From Camelus ferus (taxonomy: Eukaryota): a stretch of DNA of 64,000 nucleotides. The DNA lies in assembly GCF_009834535.1 (NCBI RefSeq), contig NC_045697.1, positions 101,620,001 to 101,684,000 of the forward strand, in the 5' to 3' direction. Made by a program: the position numbers and the translations under genes. This document shows positions 1-14,744 of this stretch, one piece after another (the stretch's first letter is position 1; every line of letters starts with the position of its first letter). The notes under the pieces were generated by a model. The model was not told where the DNA came from, searched no databases, and saw nothing but the letters and a program-made list of their open reading frames with translations.

Positions 1-889
1 CTTTCCAAACTAGGAGCCATCACCTCCCCAACTCCCATCAACCTCTGTACTGGCTGTTCTTTTTGCTTGGAAAATTCTTCCCCAGAATTTCGAAACCCTG
101 GCTCCTTCTTATCATCCCTGGCTCAGCATCAGTGTCACCTCCTCAAGGAGGCCATCCAGTTTAAAGCAGTGACCCAGTCACTCTCTCACACCACCATGCT
201 TTATCAACAGCTCATATTCTCTTTGATTTTGTTTTTGTTTGATTTGTATCTGCCTTAGCTCTAGTTATTATTAGCTGGGCTTATTAGCTGGGAGACTCCA
301 GTGGTCAGACTCTCAGAGTCCCAGTTTCCTTATCTAATTCATTAGTATCATATGAGATAACAATGGAGACTGTCCTGTCATACAATCTTCAAGAAGCATT
401 ACTGGTTTAGAAAAAAAGGCTACTCAATTAATAAGCTTAGTCTTTTGAATGGAAAAAAGTGACAAACACCATTTTGAATTCTAAGAGGAAGAAATATAAT
501 AGACTCTTCTGTAAATAGGAAGACACTTTTCAGTTCTATAGTGAGAAATATATGGGAAGAGTGATAAAGATAAAACTTTTTTTTTCAAAGCCACAATAAG
601 GAATGATAATTAAATGATGCTATAACTTTCCTTTAATACAATTCTTTAGATAAATAAATAAATAACTAAATGTTGCCAGGATTTGTCACTAAAAGCATTT
701 TAATTCCTCTTTAAGGTTCAGAAACATATATGAAATCTTCCTAATTTTTTTGCAGAAAATTGTTAATTTCATGATTCAGGTATGTTTTACAAACTTCCAC
801 AGTGTAATGAGCCCATCTTGTGGCCTTTTATAATATTGCCACTTTTAAAGTCAAACAATTTTTAACCATAGGTTTATATGATGTCTTTT

Positions 890-1030
890 ATTCAACAAAC
901 AACTTTCGAGCACTTACTATGTGCCAAGTGTTATGCTGACTGCTGGGGATGCAGTGAGAGATCTAAGAAAAACAAGGTCCTTGCCCTGAATTCATACAAA
1001 TCAAAAGGAGAGAGAGACTTAAGCAGAGAT
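890..1030 (-). mobile_element. L2 LINE 3' fragment
   Basis: ttcaacaaac...gagcacttactatgtgccaag...ctggggatgcagtg matches the antisense L2 3' end. Confidence 0.7.
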
Positions 1031-3465
1031 AATCACAGCAGGAAAGTTAAGCACTATTATATAAAAGTATAAACTTACTATGCCAGAATTAAATGAAGTG
1101 TCCCCAGAACTCAGAATAAAACAGATATACCTCCATTTCCAGGAATAACTCTGATCAGTAAAGAAACCAAGTATCATTCAAGGCTGGATTAATTTCCAGA
1201 CTTCTATTCCACAAGTAGTTCACAGAAACCTCAGTCTATCTGGCTCTAATCTAAATCAATCATTCTCAGAGTGAAGCAATCACAGTATTTTAAAAATAGC
1301 TTCCTATGATGCCTATCGGTAAGCAGGTTGTCTATCTTCCTACACCCACTCACAATCACAGTTTTAAAGAAATGGAGAGACAAAGCTCTTTGGGGAAGTG
1401 AGGGGCTGACATAGAATATTTTAATTAGTCAGGAAGAGAAGGGAAAGCCCATACTTTCCAATATGACGGTTTGAGGGGTGAAATGTGAATAGAAGTAGGG
1501 GTGATAAGCAATTAGGCGTGTGCCCAAATTCCTAGCTTCAAGGCTCCATGGGAAGAGAAGGAGGTGATAGCCTGGGAGGAGCACTGCCTGTTTAGGGCTC
1601 TGGGAGGAGATCATTGTGCAGAGTGACCCCTGACCAACAAATGACCACACCCAGTGTGGGTGAGACACAGGAGAGGCATGGTCAGCCAGAGACAGGATCA
1701 CCCTCTGCTCCGTGTGAGAGATCCTAGGATGAGGGTCCGCAGGCCAACTGTGGAATCACTCATCCTGGGGGAAAAGCCGAGCCACAGCCTTTACTGCAGG
1801 GTGGACATCCTTGGCCAAGGTCAGATGGAGGGTATACCAGATACTCAATAGACCTCGGCACTATCAAGTGGATGCAGGCAGAATGCAAGGATTATGACAA
1901 TAAAAATTATCAAAGCTTCAACCTACACCCAAGGAGGAAGACTTTCAGCCTAAGAGCTAGGATGTCACATGGACAATGTCCATATACCCTGCTGTCTGGG
2001 TCTCTCTACCACTTCAGTTCAGAACCTAATCTCCACTTGCTCTACATCTTAATACCCCCACAAACCACCTCATTCAGCAAAACCACAGTTCTTCCTAAGA
2101 GGCCATCCTCCTTAAAAAACATGAAAGACAGAACTGAAAAAAGCTAATATCTTAATATATTTTTCATAATATTTATATGATCATAAGATTGAATATGGGG
2201 TTTCATGGCAAAAGTGCATTAAAAACTAATATTGACAGTAATACAGAACAGATTTAAAGATTGATATAGGTTCTCTGGAAAGATCTCTTTGGTAGAAGTA
2301 TGCAAGGTGAGCTAAAATTTTCTCTTCTTTCCTCTTTGTTCGTTCAGTTTCTTCAACAAATTATTTTTGAGTAACCACCTTATACCAGATGCTATGTGGA
2401 TAATTAGAACAAATATGATTTAAGAGAGGAGGGAATTTTTCCTCCCTCTAAATTTTCAGATCCTGAGACTGGATGAATTCTTTAGCAATCCATCCAACAA
2501 ATTTGTTTTAAGTGTTTTCTAAGTACTGCATGCTGTGCTGGGCACTAGACAGGAACAGTTCTTTTAGACACTAAGGAATGAAACAGCTTGTAAAAGGATT
2601 AGATCAAGTAAGCTGTCATAGTTTTACCAAAATGACTGACAACCTACAGATTCTGGAACCATGAAGATGTTCCAAGGATACAAGGTTTTTGTGACTTTTT
2701 TTTCAGATCACTTGGTTGTAGGGTTGCTTTGCTGAAATTAAAAGAAGATTAATTCTCCACTTAAAGTGACTTTATGTCAAGTATCAATATGACAATTTCC
2801 TTCAAAAATTCCTTTTAAATAAATAAAAACTCAATTTCCTGCCTATTTCCCCCTTGTTCGCTCATTCAATTTATTCAATAAATATTTATTAATGCTTCTA
2901 TGTGCCAGCAAACTGTACTAGATGCTTGGAATATAATCATAAACAATACTTTCTCTCAGTTCTGATAACATGTTTTTCTCCATGTTGACCCCGTCTATCT
3001 AAAGGGATCTGAAACTTTAAACTAATCTAGACTTCAGGCTAGTCTACGCCACCTAGAGTAGAGTTCCAGATCCCCTTTAAGTAGGAAGGGTCAACCTTCC
3101 CCGTATCAAGCCCATTCACTGGGTCACCTCAGCATTGCTATCAACCACCCACATGCCATGTTACTCCAGCACCAGGATATATTCAGGGACTTGACTCTAA
3201 GAGGCTCTTGCCATCTCTAAGTCATGAAAAGGGAAATATGACTGAAGACCTGCTCTGAATTTCTCAACCCCATCTTGGGGCTTCTGTTGCCCCCAAAAGG
3301 CTTACAGTCTAGGGGAAAGAGACGGGAAAGTAAGAAGGCGTCTCGCTTGTAACTTACTGTTTTTGCACTCCTCTCCCTCTTGTTCCAGGCTTCTCTGACC
3401 AGCCCAAAGAGAGCGTTTACCTTCTCTCTGTGTGACATATCATATATCTTTCCTACTCTAGAGCT

Positions 3466-3920
3466 TGTGGAGAAGAATGTCACCTGCTGTATCAGTAAAC
3501 AAAGGATGTTGCGGCCATGAAGCCATCAGCCACTGCAGTTGCCTCCAACTGTGATCCTAAGGGGATTCAGGACAGAGAAAAAAATGGGACACTGGCCCTA
3601 GATAGTTAAGGTGCATATCAAAGGAAAGATTTCAAAAACCCCAGACTCTTGCATCTTCCCATATGTAGAAAAGTGCCTAAATTCATTAACTTGAGATGTC
3701 TGTTTTTTCTTTAATTAACAGCAATCCTTTGATGTTCTGGGGTTAGGTTTGTTTGTTTGTTTTTTCCAAAAATTCCTATACATCCTAGCTTCTCCCTTAC
3801 TTCTTTGGAACAGTCTGTCAGGGCTACCTGAGAGGCTGTCCCCCAGCTTAAGTCCTCAGTATGTCCACTGAATAAAATATAAGTCTCAACTTTTAGATTG
3901 TGCATTTTTTTCAGTTAACA
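3466..3920 (+). mobile_element. Solo ERV1-class LTR
   Basis: TG...CA termini, perfect 4-bp TSD AGCT (3462-3465 and 3921-3924), AATAAA at about 3871. Confidence 0.85.
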
Positions 3921-4264
3921 AGCTTATAGTAAAATTCTGCCATAGCCTCCCAAGATTTGGATCTTGATTATTAAAGGATAGCTTTTGGAATTTGGGAGAC
4001 ACTTTTCTCTTTGGGGGTGACTAGTTCTTGTAACTGAAAGCCTCGCCATCAAAACAGCTTTTTTCTCAATGTTAGGGATTTTTGTCAAAATGGTAACCCA
4101 CCTACTCTTACGCTCTTACACACTTACACACTCTGTTTAAATTACGTAAAACCATACTGTTTTGAAGTTCTCTGTGTTTAGCATTTTATTTCATTTTCCT
4201 TTAAATTATTGTTGAATTGTTTTCAAGATATTTTTAGAAAAATATGCCAGTTATGGTTCCAGGG

Positions 4265-4520
4265 CAGTGTATCAGAAGGGAAAAGAGCACAGACTCTGGA
4301 ATCTCACAGACACCGGATCATCTCAGCATCACCACCCTTAGCTTTGAGTCTTGAGCAGGTTACTGTAATTCAATCCAAGGCTCAATTTTCTCACCCATAA
4401 ATGGGGTCAACACTAACATCTATCACTGGGTTCTCATGAAATATAAATACGGTTGTGTAAAGTGAGCTTAACGCAGTAACCAGGCCCAAATAGATATTTA
4501 ATATATATTAGTGATTATTA
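4265..4520 (+). mobile_element. MIR SINE
   Basis: agagcacagactctggaa...ttgagcaggttact...ctcaattttctcacccataaatgggg resembles the MIR core. Confidence 0.7.
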
Positions 4521-7091
4521 TCACAACTGATATTCTTATTACTTCTTTTCCTCATTCTACCTCGGTTAACACCACAAAATATAAATGATAGGCTTTAATA
4601 AACAAATGTCTCTCTATCCTCCCACCAATGAGCAAGTAGTCCTTAGAGAATCACATATTAAACTAAATTTAAACTTTCTAGAAGGGAAATAAGACATAGT
4701 TTGACCCCTCAAAAAAGTTAATTTAATAATAGCTGAGATATACTTTGAGGATAACTTGATTTGCAGCTTAACCAAAAAAGATATACAGCTCCCAGAGGAA
4801 AACAGACAGCAAATGAAAGCAGAAAGAAAACTGTAGAAATAATACAGACTTCTCATGGATCTGAGCAAATAGAAGCTTGGAGAGGGAAAGACAGAAAAAG
4901 GCGTTCAGATTATGTGATGCTGCAAGACAAGTTGCCTGTGAAGACTGCTCTGCCCCATTCATTCGTACATACATCCATCTATTCGTTCACTTTACAATGT
5001 GCCAACTATTTTCTCAGGTACAAGGAATTCACAAGTGAACAAGACAATAACAATATTACTTTAATGGGTAACTGAAAGGGATGCAATAATGGTATTTTTA
5101 ACATATCTTCCAGAGCACACAACATTTACTCTGGCAGTCTGATTGCCTGTGGCAGATTAGACTTTGTAGTGAAAAGAATGGAAAGAGAAAGAGTGAGTTA
5201 ATATTCAATAATTGTGATTCAATCATATCATACTTTAGATGTAAAAGCAAGACTATTGGCTTGGAAATTTCATGAAAAGATAATAATGTATTAATTCAAC
5301 ACATTTATTGTATGCTTGTCATATAAAGCCTTGTCTACATATGTGTAATATGATCCAGACCCCATGAATCCCATGATTTGTAAAAATGTCCAAGACCTCT
5401 CCTAAAATGAGAAAACAGACGACCTGGCTTCAACTGGTCTGATACTTAGCAAGGAAACCATAAAGCACACGTGTGAACCTGAGCTTCTTAGGCATTATGT
5501 GTGGAGCCCTTAAAAAGGAACACAGGTGAAGATGAAGAGAAAGACAGGAAATTCTTGAAGGTGTAGAGAGGTATAGATATGTTACTATACTACCTCCAAG
5601 CTGTGATCTCAGCTCTCTTTTGTACTGTGTTCTTTGCAGACGAGCTGCTCAGTCAGGCTTGATGACGTGGAGTGTGGGGGAGTTTCGGAGGAATTACTCT
5701 CGTGCATGTATTTCACGCTCTTGTCTGTTTAAATATTATTGCCTGCTCCTATTACTTATAATAATAAGTCTGAGGTATGTTCAGAACTTGGAAAAATCAC
5801 TAAAAGCCTTCAATTTTTAAATATGTCATGTCTGCTACCTTTTCAATTTGTGGGTTTGTTCACTCATTAATTATCCATTACTAATTCTCTCCCATTCCAT
5901 GAGAACATTCGTATTTAGCTATTCATTCTTTTGATAAAATTACAAATAAACAACACTTTTCTTACATATTAAAAAAATACTATTGGTTTGGGAAAGGATT
6001 TTCAAAAGTCCTTTATCTCTTCTTTTAGTATATGAAAAGCCAAACATGAGAGACTTTGCTCATAGCATCCTCCAAGAATGTAAAGATAGCCCTGAAGTTT
6101 AAGACAATCAGTGCTGACTTAGTGGAAGGAACTTTAGGGTCACAAAAGAAAAACAGGTTACTCTTCTGGCTCAAAGGATCATGGGAACAAGAAAAGTAGG
6201 GTAGCCAGGCATGAGCCTCCCTGTTTTCCCTTTCCAAGCTTCAACCTAGAGAAGATGCAATATTAGATAAGTTGAGAGGAGTGTCAGGAAAGGGCACCTG
6301 CAGGAGCCCAAGTGAGAGCAATTAAATCAGGGAGTGTTACCGAGTCCGGACCAAGCCATACAAGAAATATAAATTACACCAGCTGCAGACTTCAGCCCTG
6401 AATGCCAGCAGGACATGCTGCACCCAGCTAGTCTGGCTTATCACCTGGAGAGCAGAGGAGGCCCAGGGTGACACCTGAAGATGCCAATACCTCCGCACCT
6501 TGAGAAGGATGTTTTAGTCCCACCCATCCTCCTCTTCCTCCTCCTCCCTATCTCCATCACAGCTGACAGTCTTAGGAAGAAGGCAGGGAAGAGGAGGAAG
6601 TTGTATGAAAGGCTCCATATTATCCAAGAGGTATTATCCACTGCTTAAATAGCCAGTTTTAAATTACTGAACCAGATAAACTATATATTGGATATTAAGC
6701 TGGTTTTTCTCCCTTCCAATTAGTTGACAGAGGTTATATGTAAAGTTGTAGACTACATATAGTAACTATATTTTTCTGCTTGCCAAGTTATAACGTGGGT
6801 TAAATTTTTGACCCTGCTAAACTAACTTTGATGGAATTGCAGCCATGTGTCTGATATTGAGTCCCTCCTGCATACAAAGAAACTTAGAGACAGAATCATG
6901 GGATTTTGGGATATCAGCACCTGAATAGAAATGAGGAAGAAATCTAGTCCCTCCTTTATAAAAGGGTAAATGACTTGTCCAAAGTTATCAATGGGTCAGG
7001 GGCAGAGCCAGGACTTGACCTTGACTCCCTACCTCTGGGCTGCTGCCATTTTCCCTAGAACAACTAAGAAGGGGGAAATAGGATTTAAAGA

Positions 7092-7705
7092 CTAGTAGGC
7101 AGACCTGTGAGCTGGCCCCCAAAATTCCATCCCCTGCTGTAGAGATGCAGCCCTGTATAGTCCCCTTCTCTTGCGTGTGGCCAGGGTCTGTGGATATAGT
7201 GGGATTTCATCCTGTGATTAGGTAACATTAGATGACAAAAGTGAAAAAAGGGATGTTATCCAGGTGAGTTGAAGTTAATCAAGTAAAAGCCTTTAAAAGA
7301 GGGAACGGGCCCTTCTTAAAGAGAGAACCTGTCCTCTGCTGGCGTTGGAGAGTAATCCACCGTGTTGTGAGAGGGCCAGTGAGAGGGCAACGTGACCAGC
7401 AACTATGGGCCTCCGGGAGCTGAGAGAGGCCCTTGGCTAACAGCTGGAAGGAACATGAGTACCTCAGTCCTACAACTGCTAAGAACTTAATTCTGCTGAC
7501 AGTCGTGTAAACATGAAAGAAGATCCCAAGCTCCAGGAAGGAATTCAGCGGGGCCAACACCTAGATTATAGTGTCCTGGGAACCGAAGGAGAGAGCCCAG
7601 CTGAGCCGTACCCGGACTCCTGACCCAGGAAATTCTGAGGTAGTAAATGGGTGCTGTTTTACCTGCAAAGTTTGTGGTAATTTGTTATAAAGAGGTAGGT
7701 AACTT
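7092..7705 (+). mobile_element. MaLR solo LTR (MLT1-type)
   Basis: Starts tagtaggcagac...ggcccccaaa and ends taaatgggtgctgtttt...gtttgtggtaatttgtta, typical MLT1 termini. Confidence 0.8.
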
Positions 7706-10574
7706 CTCCCAGACACCTACTCCTATTTTTCACTCAGTATATGTTCATTCCCAGATGGTGACTTTTTTCAGTAGGTGTTTGAGATTTATTCATGAATGAT
7801 CCTATGAGTCACACTTTAATTATATTTGTTAGTCAGACATACACTGTAAACCTATGATTGCCTGTCTGTATGTAGCTTGTATACTCAACGTCTGTGAAAA
7901 GGACTTTTGTGTTACACTTTAGAAGACTTGCCTGACAGGGAAATGGTGTCAGGCCTACTTTCTACTATGGGATGAAACAGGAAAAGGTCTGAGTTTAGCT
8001 TTACTGAAGACAGTATTTCAGGTTTGAATAAATCAAATATACCGGACTGTGGCCAGAATGAAATTATTGGGTATAGGTAGAAAAACAAAATATTTTGTTG
8101 CCATAGCAAGCCAGGTGCATTCCTTTAGGCTAGGAATGTTAGAGTAAGACATCAGCGGACAAAAGCACACTGATTTCGTGTTTGTGCAACAACTCACAGA
8201 AACATTAACTTCTGGTTATCGCTACTTATTGAGGCAACTGTCTTATAGTGCCATCCATCCACAATACAAAAAGCAAGCTGTTTCAATGCCGCTTTACATG
8301 TTTAGTTAGATGCTAATCAGAACAATCTGTAGATTAGAAAGTATTTACTGAGAACCAACTAACGCTTATGAGTGTGAAGCCCAGGACTAGGTGCTAGAGA
8401 CAGAGTGCTGGAGGCAGAGGCTAAAAGCCACAGCCCTTGAGGAACTCTGACTCTAATGGAGCTCCTTTAATATCCCTTCATGTCCTCAGTACTGCACTGA
8501 GTCCTGCTACTAATCAGTCCTAATGATACACCTTTCTAATAGGTGCTTTGCCTGAAGAAATTTGACTCTTGTTGGGGAAATGGAAATAAGCATTCTTATA
8601 CTAGTGCTAACTTGGTTGAAGCAAATTATCCATGCCTTAAGATTTCAGAGGAAGAGAAGTCACTGAGGGACAGAATAATCCCAAAAACCTCATGCGAGGA
8701 TTCGAACTGAGCCTGAAAGGATGGTGGAGCTTAGAAAAGCTGAAGAGGAACTCTATGGCTTCCTGGGGAAGGAGAGCATCCTGAGATGATGGAACATATG
8801 GAAGTGGGAATGGAGCTTGAATAAATTTAGTATGTCTGAGGAACAAAAGAAAATGAGCCTATGTAGAGCAGAGGGTGTTTTTCTGAGGGTAGAGAGGGAG
8901 GAAAATAAGAATGTCAGATAAAGGTACAGGTTTCAGTTATACAAAATGTGTTTTCATTCGAAGTTTTTTCATTTAAAAGCTATGTCATGTTTGGAATAGA
9001 TGCCGTTTTCAGCAGAATCTGTTTGTAATCTTAGTGACATGTAGAAGCAATATAATGCTTCTCTGTAATGATATACAGAAAATTTTACCTTCTTCATAGC
9101 TAGTTTGTCTTCTTGTGCAAGCATTCTGAAAAGGAGATTGGAGAGAGAAATGAGATCTTCAAAAGACATCCTTATTCAACAATATATGCTTGTAGTCAGT
9201 TTTTTGTTTGTTTTTTGTTGTTGTTGTTGTTGTTTGATGGGTTGGTTTGGCTTGGTGTCTGTTAGTTATCTTAGTCAAAAAAAAAAAAAGAGAGGTAATA
9301 AAGCTCCAATGGAATGTCAGTAAGATGTCTTATAAGAAAATTTAAATACATTAAAGTAGTATAGGATAGATCAAGATACAAAGAATCCCATCAAAATATA
9401 AAAGAAAGAGGTTAACTTCAACTTTGGTAGGGGTACAAGACTGCTCCTCTTTCAAATCAAAAGGAAGAATTTAACAAGGGTATAACTTTAGACCAGGAAT
9501 AACAGGGTATGAAACCAGAGCCACCCAAAGTGTGTGGACTTGGAGGCCCCTATTATCATAGAGACTATAACACCATCTGTTGCTAGGGAAGAAACACCTA
9601 CACATCTGCAAAAGCAGATCCCATGTCCCAGCCTCAATGCCTGGCCTGAAATAGTCACAATAGCATGTAAATGAATCCACCCCCAACCCAAACCTCTTCT
9701 ATGAATATCACCAGTAACCTCCTAGTGCTTGATCTCCTTTCTTTATCCTGTTGGGGCTCCGAGGCATCAGATTCTATTAGTTATTCCTCTTTTTGTCATT
9801 CTTTCCTTCCTGGGCACCCACTGTACTACTGTGATCAACTTCCTCTCTCCCCATCTACTCAACTCTTCACCTTTGAGGCTGAATATCAAACCTCATTTCT
9901 TCTAAAGACTTTCAGAACATTCCATGCCATACTAGTTTTTCCTTTTTCTGAAGTATTACCTCTCCTAAATTTTATATCCTATTATGTTAGTACATAGCTA
10001 TTTATTTTCTCATTCTGTTTGTGGCAGAATTTTTAAACATAAAAACAGTTAATAGGTCATAAGCATCTTATCACTACGTTTCCTTAGCTGTACAATTCAA
10101 TCATATCTTAGAGTGACCTTTTCTTGATGTTGCCTTATTCATTGTTTCTAGTAGAATGAAAACGTTATCTCCATAATTTAAATTTTTTAAATGAATTTTT
10201 AAATGCATTCCTACTCAGTCAGAATTAATTCCTACTTTATTTCCTTAGTGAAGCCTTCCCTGATACCATTTCCCCTAAATCATTCATTACTTCCTTCTCT
10301 ATGTTCCCAGCATAAACATTTCTCCAAACATGAACCACACTGCACCATCCTTACATGCCCACTGGACTGTGGGCTATTTGATGCAAAAAGTCTCTCTTCT
10401 TTTTCATCCCTGTCTAATGGACTTCTAGCACTCTCCCTGGCACAATGATGGCATGGTCAATTTGATGGACTAGTTTTAAACGTCTACGGAAAAGTATATC
10501 ACAAACTTGAACTAGAAAAGGATTTTAATTTGCATTTTAGCAGTAATTTTCTTTTTAAAATTTTTTTTCAAAAT

Positions 10575-10756
10575 AAGTTTCTACTATATAGCACAGGGAA
10601 CTATATTCAATATCTTGTAGTAATCTATAATGAAAAAGAATATGAAAATGAGTATATGTATGTATGTGGATGACTAAAACATTATGCTGTACCTCAGAAA
10701 TTGATACATTGTAAACTGACTATACTTCAATAAAAAATAAATTTTAAAAATATATA
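10575..10756 (+). mobile_element. 5'-truncated cetartiodactyl-type L1 3' end
   Basis: tatagcacagggaactatattcaatatcttgt...aactgactatacttcaataaaaa, A-rich tail, imperfect flanking duplication aaaattttt..tcaaa. Confidence 0.85.
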
Positions 10757-10934
10757 TAAAAATTTTTCTCAAATTATGTATTTCCAGAATTCAACTGAGT
10801 TATTAGTCATATATTTGTTTGAAAATTGTTGTTTACACTTTTTCAAAACTGTTCAAACTGAATCCCTTTCACTTCTGCCTTTTCCATTACTTTTGGTCTG
10901 TTAGCTTTTATTACCTAATTAACAGCCTTCTTTG

Positions 10935-11115
10935 CAAATTTTTTAAAAAACCAGCTTTTAAAAACTATCTGGGCCTAGTTCCCATGCCTAGCAATTCTGA
11001 TTTAATTATTTGAAATGGGTCTAGCAGCAATATATTTTTCAAATACATTTATCCTTTTTTCAAACTCCCTATATTCATTCCTATGTGCCCTCAAGATTGA
11101 GGGCCACTACTTTAG
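10935..11115. mobile_element. hAT-Charlie MITE (MER5-like)
   Basis: aattctgatttaatt...aaactccc...agattgagggccactact resembles MER5A. Confidence 0.55.
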
Positions 11116-11309
11116 AGTGAATATGTATGCCAACTGCTTAACCCAGAAGGCTGAAACTTTGTTTTTATTAGTACTACATACTATTTACCCATAGAATTTT
11201 ATAAGACTTGTCATCAATGATAGATAAGAATTTCCCACAGTGAGACTTTCTAAGACTGCATCTAAAATAAATTATTGAAAACTCTGCACAATCATAAAAA
11301 TTATAGAAC

Positions 11310-12840
11310 AAAAAGGGACCTAATGGAACAGAATAGAGAGCAGAGGAAAAAAAATGCATGTGTATTTGGTCAATTAAATTATGACAAAGGAACCAAGAAT
11401 AAGTAATGGGGAAAGGGTAGTCTCTTTCATAATCAATGGTAGGAAAACCAGACAGTCACATACAAATGAATGAAACTGGACCCCTCTCTTACACCATACA
11501 CACAAATCAACTCAAAATGGATTAAAGACTTGAAAGTAAGGCCTTGACCATAAGAATTTTAGAAGAAAGCATAAGAGGGTAAGCTCCTTGACAGTGGTTT
11601 AGGCAATAATTTTTTTAGATTTGACACCAAAAGCAAAGGCAAAAATAAATAAATAAATAAGCAAAAATAAGCAAGTAAGACTACCCCAAATTAAGAAATC
11701 TAAGAAGCTTAAAAAATGACCATCAGTAAAATTTAAAGGAGGCAAACTATGGAATGGAAGAAAATATTGGCAAAACACATATCCAATAAGGAGTTAATAT
11801 CCAAAATATACAAGGAACTTATACAATTCGATAAAGAGCAGAAAAACAAATAATTCAATTTAAAAATGGGCAAAGGATATGAACAGTTTTTCAAAAACAT
11901 ACAAATAGCAAACAGGTACATGAAAAGGTGTTCCACACCACTAATTAGAGAAATACAAATCAAAACCACAATGAGAGATCACTTTACCCCTGTTGAGATG
12001 GCTATTACCAAAAAAGAGAACAGATAACAAGTGTTGGCAAGCATGTGGAGAAAAGGGAGCCCCCATGCACTGTTGGTGGGAATGTAAACTGGTACAGTCA
12101 GTATGGAAGATAATATTGAGATTCCTCAAGAAATTAAAATATAATTACTATATGATCTAGCAATTCCACTTCTGGGTTTATATCCAAAGGAAATGAAATC
12201 ATTATCTTGAAGAGATACCTGCACTCACACGTTCACTGTAGCATTATTCACAATAGCCAAGATATGGAAACAACCAAAGTGTCAGTCAATACGAATGGGT
12301 AAAAAAGATATGGTACATATATACAATGGAATGTTAGCCTTAAAAAAGGAAATCCTGCTATTTGGGACAACATGAATAAACCTGGAGGGCATTATGCTAA
12401 GTGAAATAAGCCAAAAAGAGAAAGACAAATACTGTATGGTATCACTTATATGATACGTGGAATCTTAAAAAAAAAAAAAGTCAAACTCATAACAACAGAA
12501 TAGACTGGTAGTTGCCAGGGAAGAAATAGGGAGAGGCTGGTAAAAGTTACAAACTTTTACTTATGAGATGAGTAAGAATGACAATCTAATGTATAACATG
12601 GTGACCACAGTTGATAACACTGTCTTATATGATTGAAATTTGGTAAAGAAGTAGAACTTAAACGTTCTCACCAAAACAAACAACAGAAAAGGTAAAAAAT
12701 ATATGAGATGATGGATGTGTTAACTCAGTGGAGGGAATCTTCTCACAAGGTACACACATATCAAATCATCACATTGTACACTTTAAATATCTTACAATTT
12801 TATTTGTCAATTATACCTCAATAAAACTGAAAAGAAAAGA
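11310..12840 (+). mobile_element. L1 (L1MA-type) ORF2 3' end and 3' UTR, degraded
   Basis: aatggaacagaatagagag, aaatcaactcaaaatggattaaagact, tgttggtgggaatgtaaactggtacag; ends caattatacctcaataaa plus A-rich tail. Confidence 0.92.
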
Positions 12841-13099
12841 AAGGTATCTAATTGATCATAAATGCCAACCCTTTCAATTTATAGATAAGAGATTCCAGTT
12901 CTAGAAGTTTAAGAGATCTGTCCAAAGTTAAACAGCTGAAAAGTGACAGCATTAGACATTAAACCTGGTTTTCTGGTTACCTATCCAATATACACAGAAA
13001 GTTATAATGACTCAGAAAGACCTACATTTGTCCTGATAAAAGCCAAGAAACAAAGGAATCTAAAACATAATTTTGAGGGGAATCAGACCAAGAATTTAA

Positions 13100-14740
13100 A
13101 ATCAACACATACTTAAGAGGATAAAAGAACATATTAGTAACACAAAAGAGTTAAAAACTCATAAAAAGAAAGAACTATGTGGAAACATTTAAAAATATAG
13201 TTGAAATAAAGAGTACAATAGATAGTATAAGGTGGTCACAATATCAGTTTTTAAAAATATATCAAATTTTGGAACTCTCCCAAAAGTCGAGGAAAAAAAT
13301 AAATAGAAAATATGAAGAAAAGTTAAGAGAATAAAAGTAGAAATGCTAAAACTGAATAACAAGAGACTCAAAAGAAGAAAACAGTAAAAACAAACAAAAA
13401 AAAGGAAATATTTGAAGAAATATGGAGATAAATTTCCCAGAATTCAAGAAAGATAACAGATCTCAAATGGAAGGTTCATAAAGTACCAGCAAAGTAAGAC
13501 TTGATGCCAATACTTATTATAGGGCATTTCAAAGCAAAAAATTTAAAATGTTTCTAGGATAAAAGAGTATGTCACAATAGAAAAAGGAGCTTATTGTCCT
13601 TAGACTTCTCAGGTCCTTTATAGGATGCAACTAGTCAACGAAGTAATTTTAAAAATTGAAGGAAAAGAACTCTGAACCTAGAATTTTGTACATAGCAAAA
13701 CTGTCATTCAAATATGAGGGTGTAATAAAAATATTTTTAGGCAGAGTCTCAGAAGGTGTGCCACACAGAAATCCACATTAAATACTACCAGCAAAAATAC
13801 AAGAAAGAAAAAGAGAGAGAGAGGAAGGAAGGAAAGAAGGCAGGCAGGATTTTAATTCAGGATGTACGAGAAGGACATGAAAAGTAAGGGTAATTACATA
13901 TCTTCTCAGAGTTTCTTTTTGTCTAGAAATTAAGGTTTAAAATTTTAAAGAAGAAAAAATGCATCTATTACCCACAACTAATACTCTCAGCTATATTACT
14001 ATGATGAAGGTGGAGAGAGAGAGACCAAAAAAGACATGAGTAAATTAAAGTACTTGTCTCATTAAGATTAACAATACAGATACTAATAAGATAAAGAACT
14101 TGTTTAGGGTAAATAAACATTAGTACCAGTGCAAAGGGCAACAGGCATAACAGGGGCAACCAGAGTGAGGACAAAATAGAATATATAATTTTAAGCCAAA
14201 AGAAATAAATTTGATATGTGTAATAGAAAACAAGAAAAGGAGGGGAAAAAAATAAGTCACTGGAAAAATATGAAATGATATCAAGCAATAAATCTTAGGA
14301 GAATGGTAATACAAAAATCACAAATGGGATAAATAAATCAATTCAGAAACAGAGACTCAAAATTGATTTTTAAAAATACCCAACAAAATATTGTCTAGTA
14401 GAGCACACCTAAAACAAAAAGCTTTCAAAAGTTTTAAAATAAAGATTAGACTAGGCAAATATGAAACTAAAGGAATCTGGGCTAACAAATTTAGCCAAAA
14501 TGACAAATAAAATTTAGGCCAAAAGTTTAGATAGGTAGATAAATAGATAGACAGACAGACAGAGATATATGTATGTACATATATGCATAAGTATACAGTT
14601 ATTATACATTATGCATATAAATATGCATGCACATATATACATATATATGTAGTGAGCAAAGAACATAATATACTGGCAAAAAAAAGCAACAGAAAAAGAC
14701 ATATAATAAAAGTAACTCTACCTAACAAGACATCCTCAGA
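13100..14740 (+). mobile_element. Ancient L1 remnant (ORF1 C-terminus to ORF2 endonuclease start)
   Basis: A-rich; aaatttcccagaatt, gaacctagaattttgtacatagcaaaactgtcattcaaatatgaggg (ORF1) and gagcacacctaaaacaaaa (EN start). Confidence 0.7.
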
Positions 14741-14744
14741 TCTA

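Noticed and set aside
14525..14652. GATA/GACA/TA-rich tract; also (TTG)n near 9215 and (AAAT)n near 19885
   Set aside because: Ordinary simple repeats.
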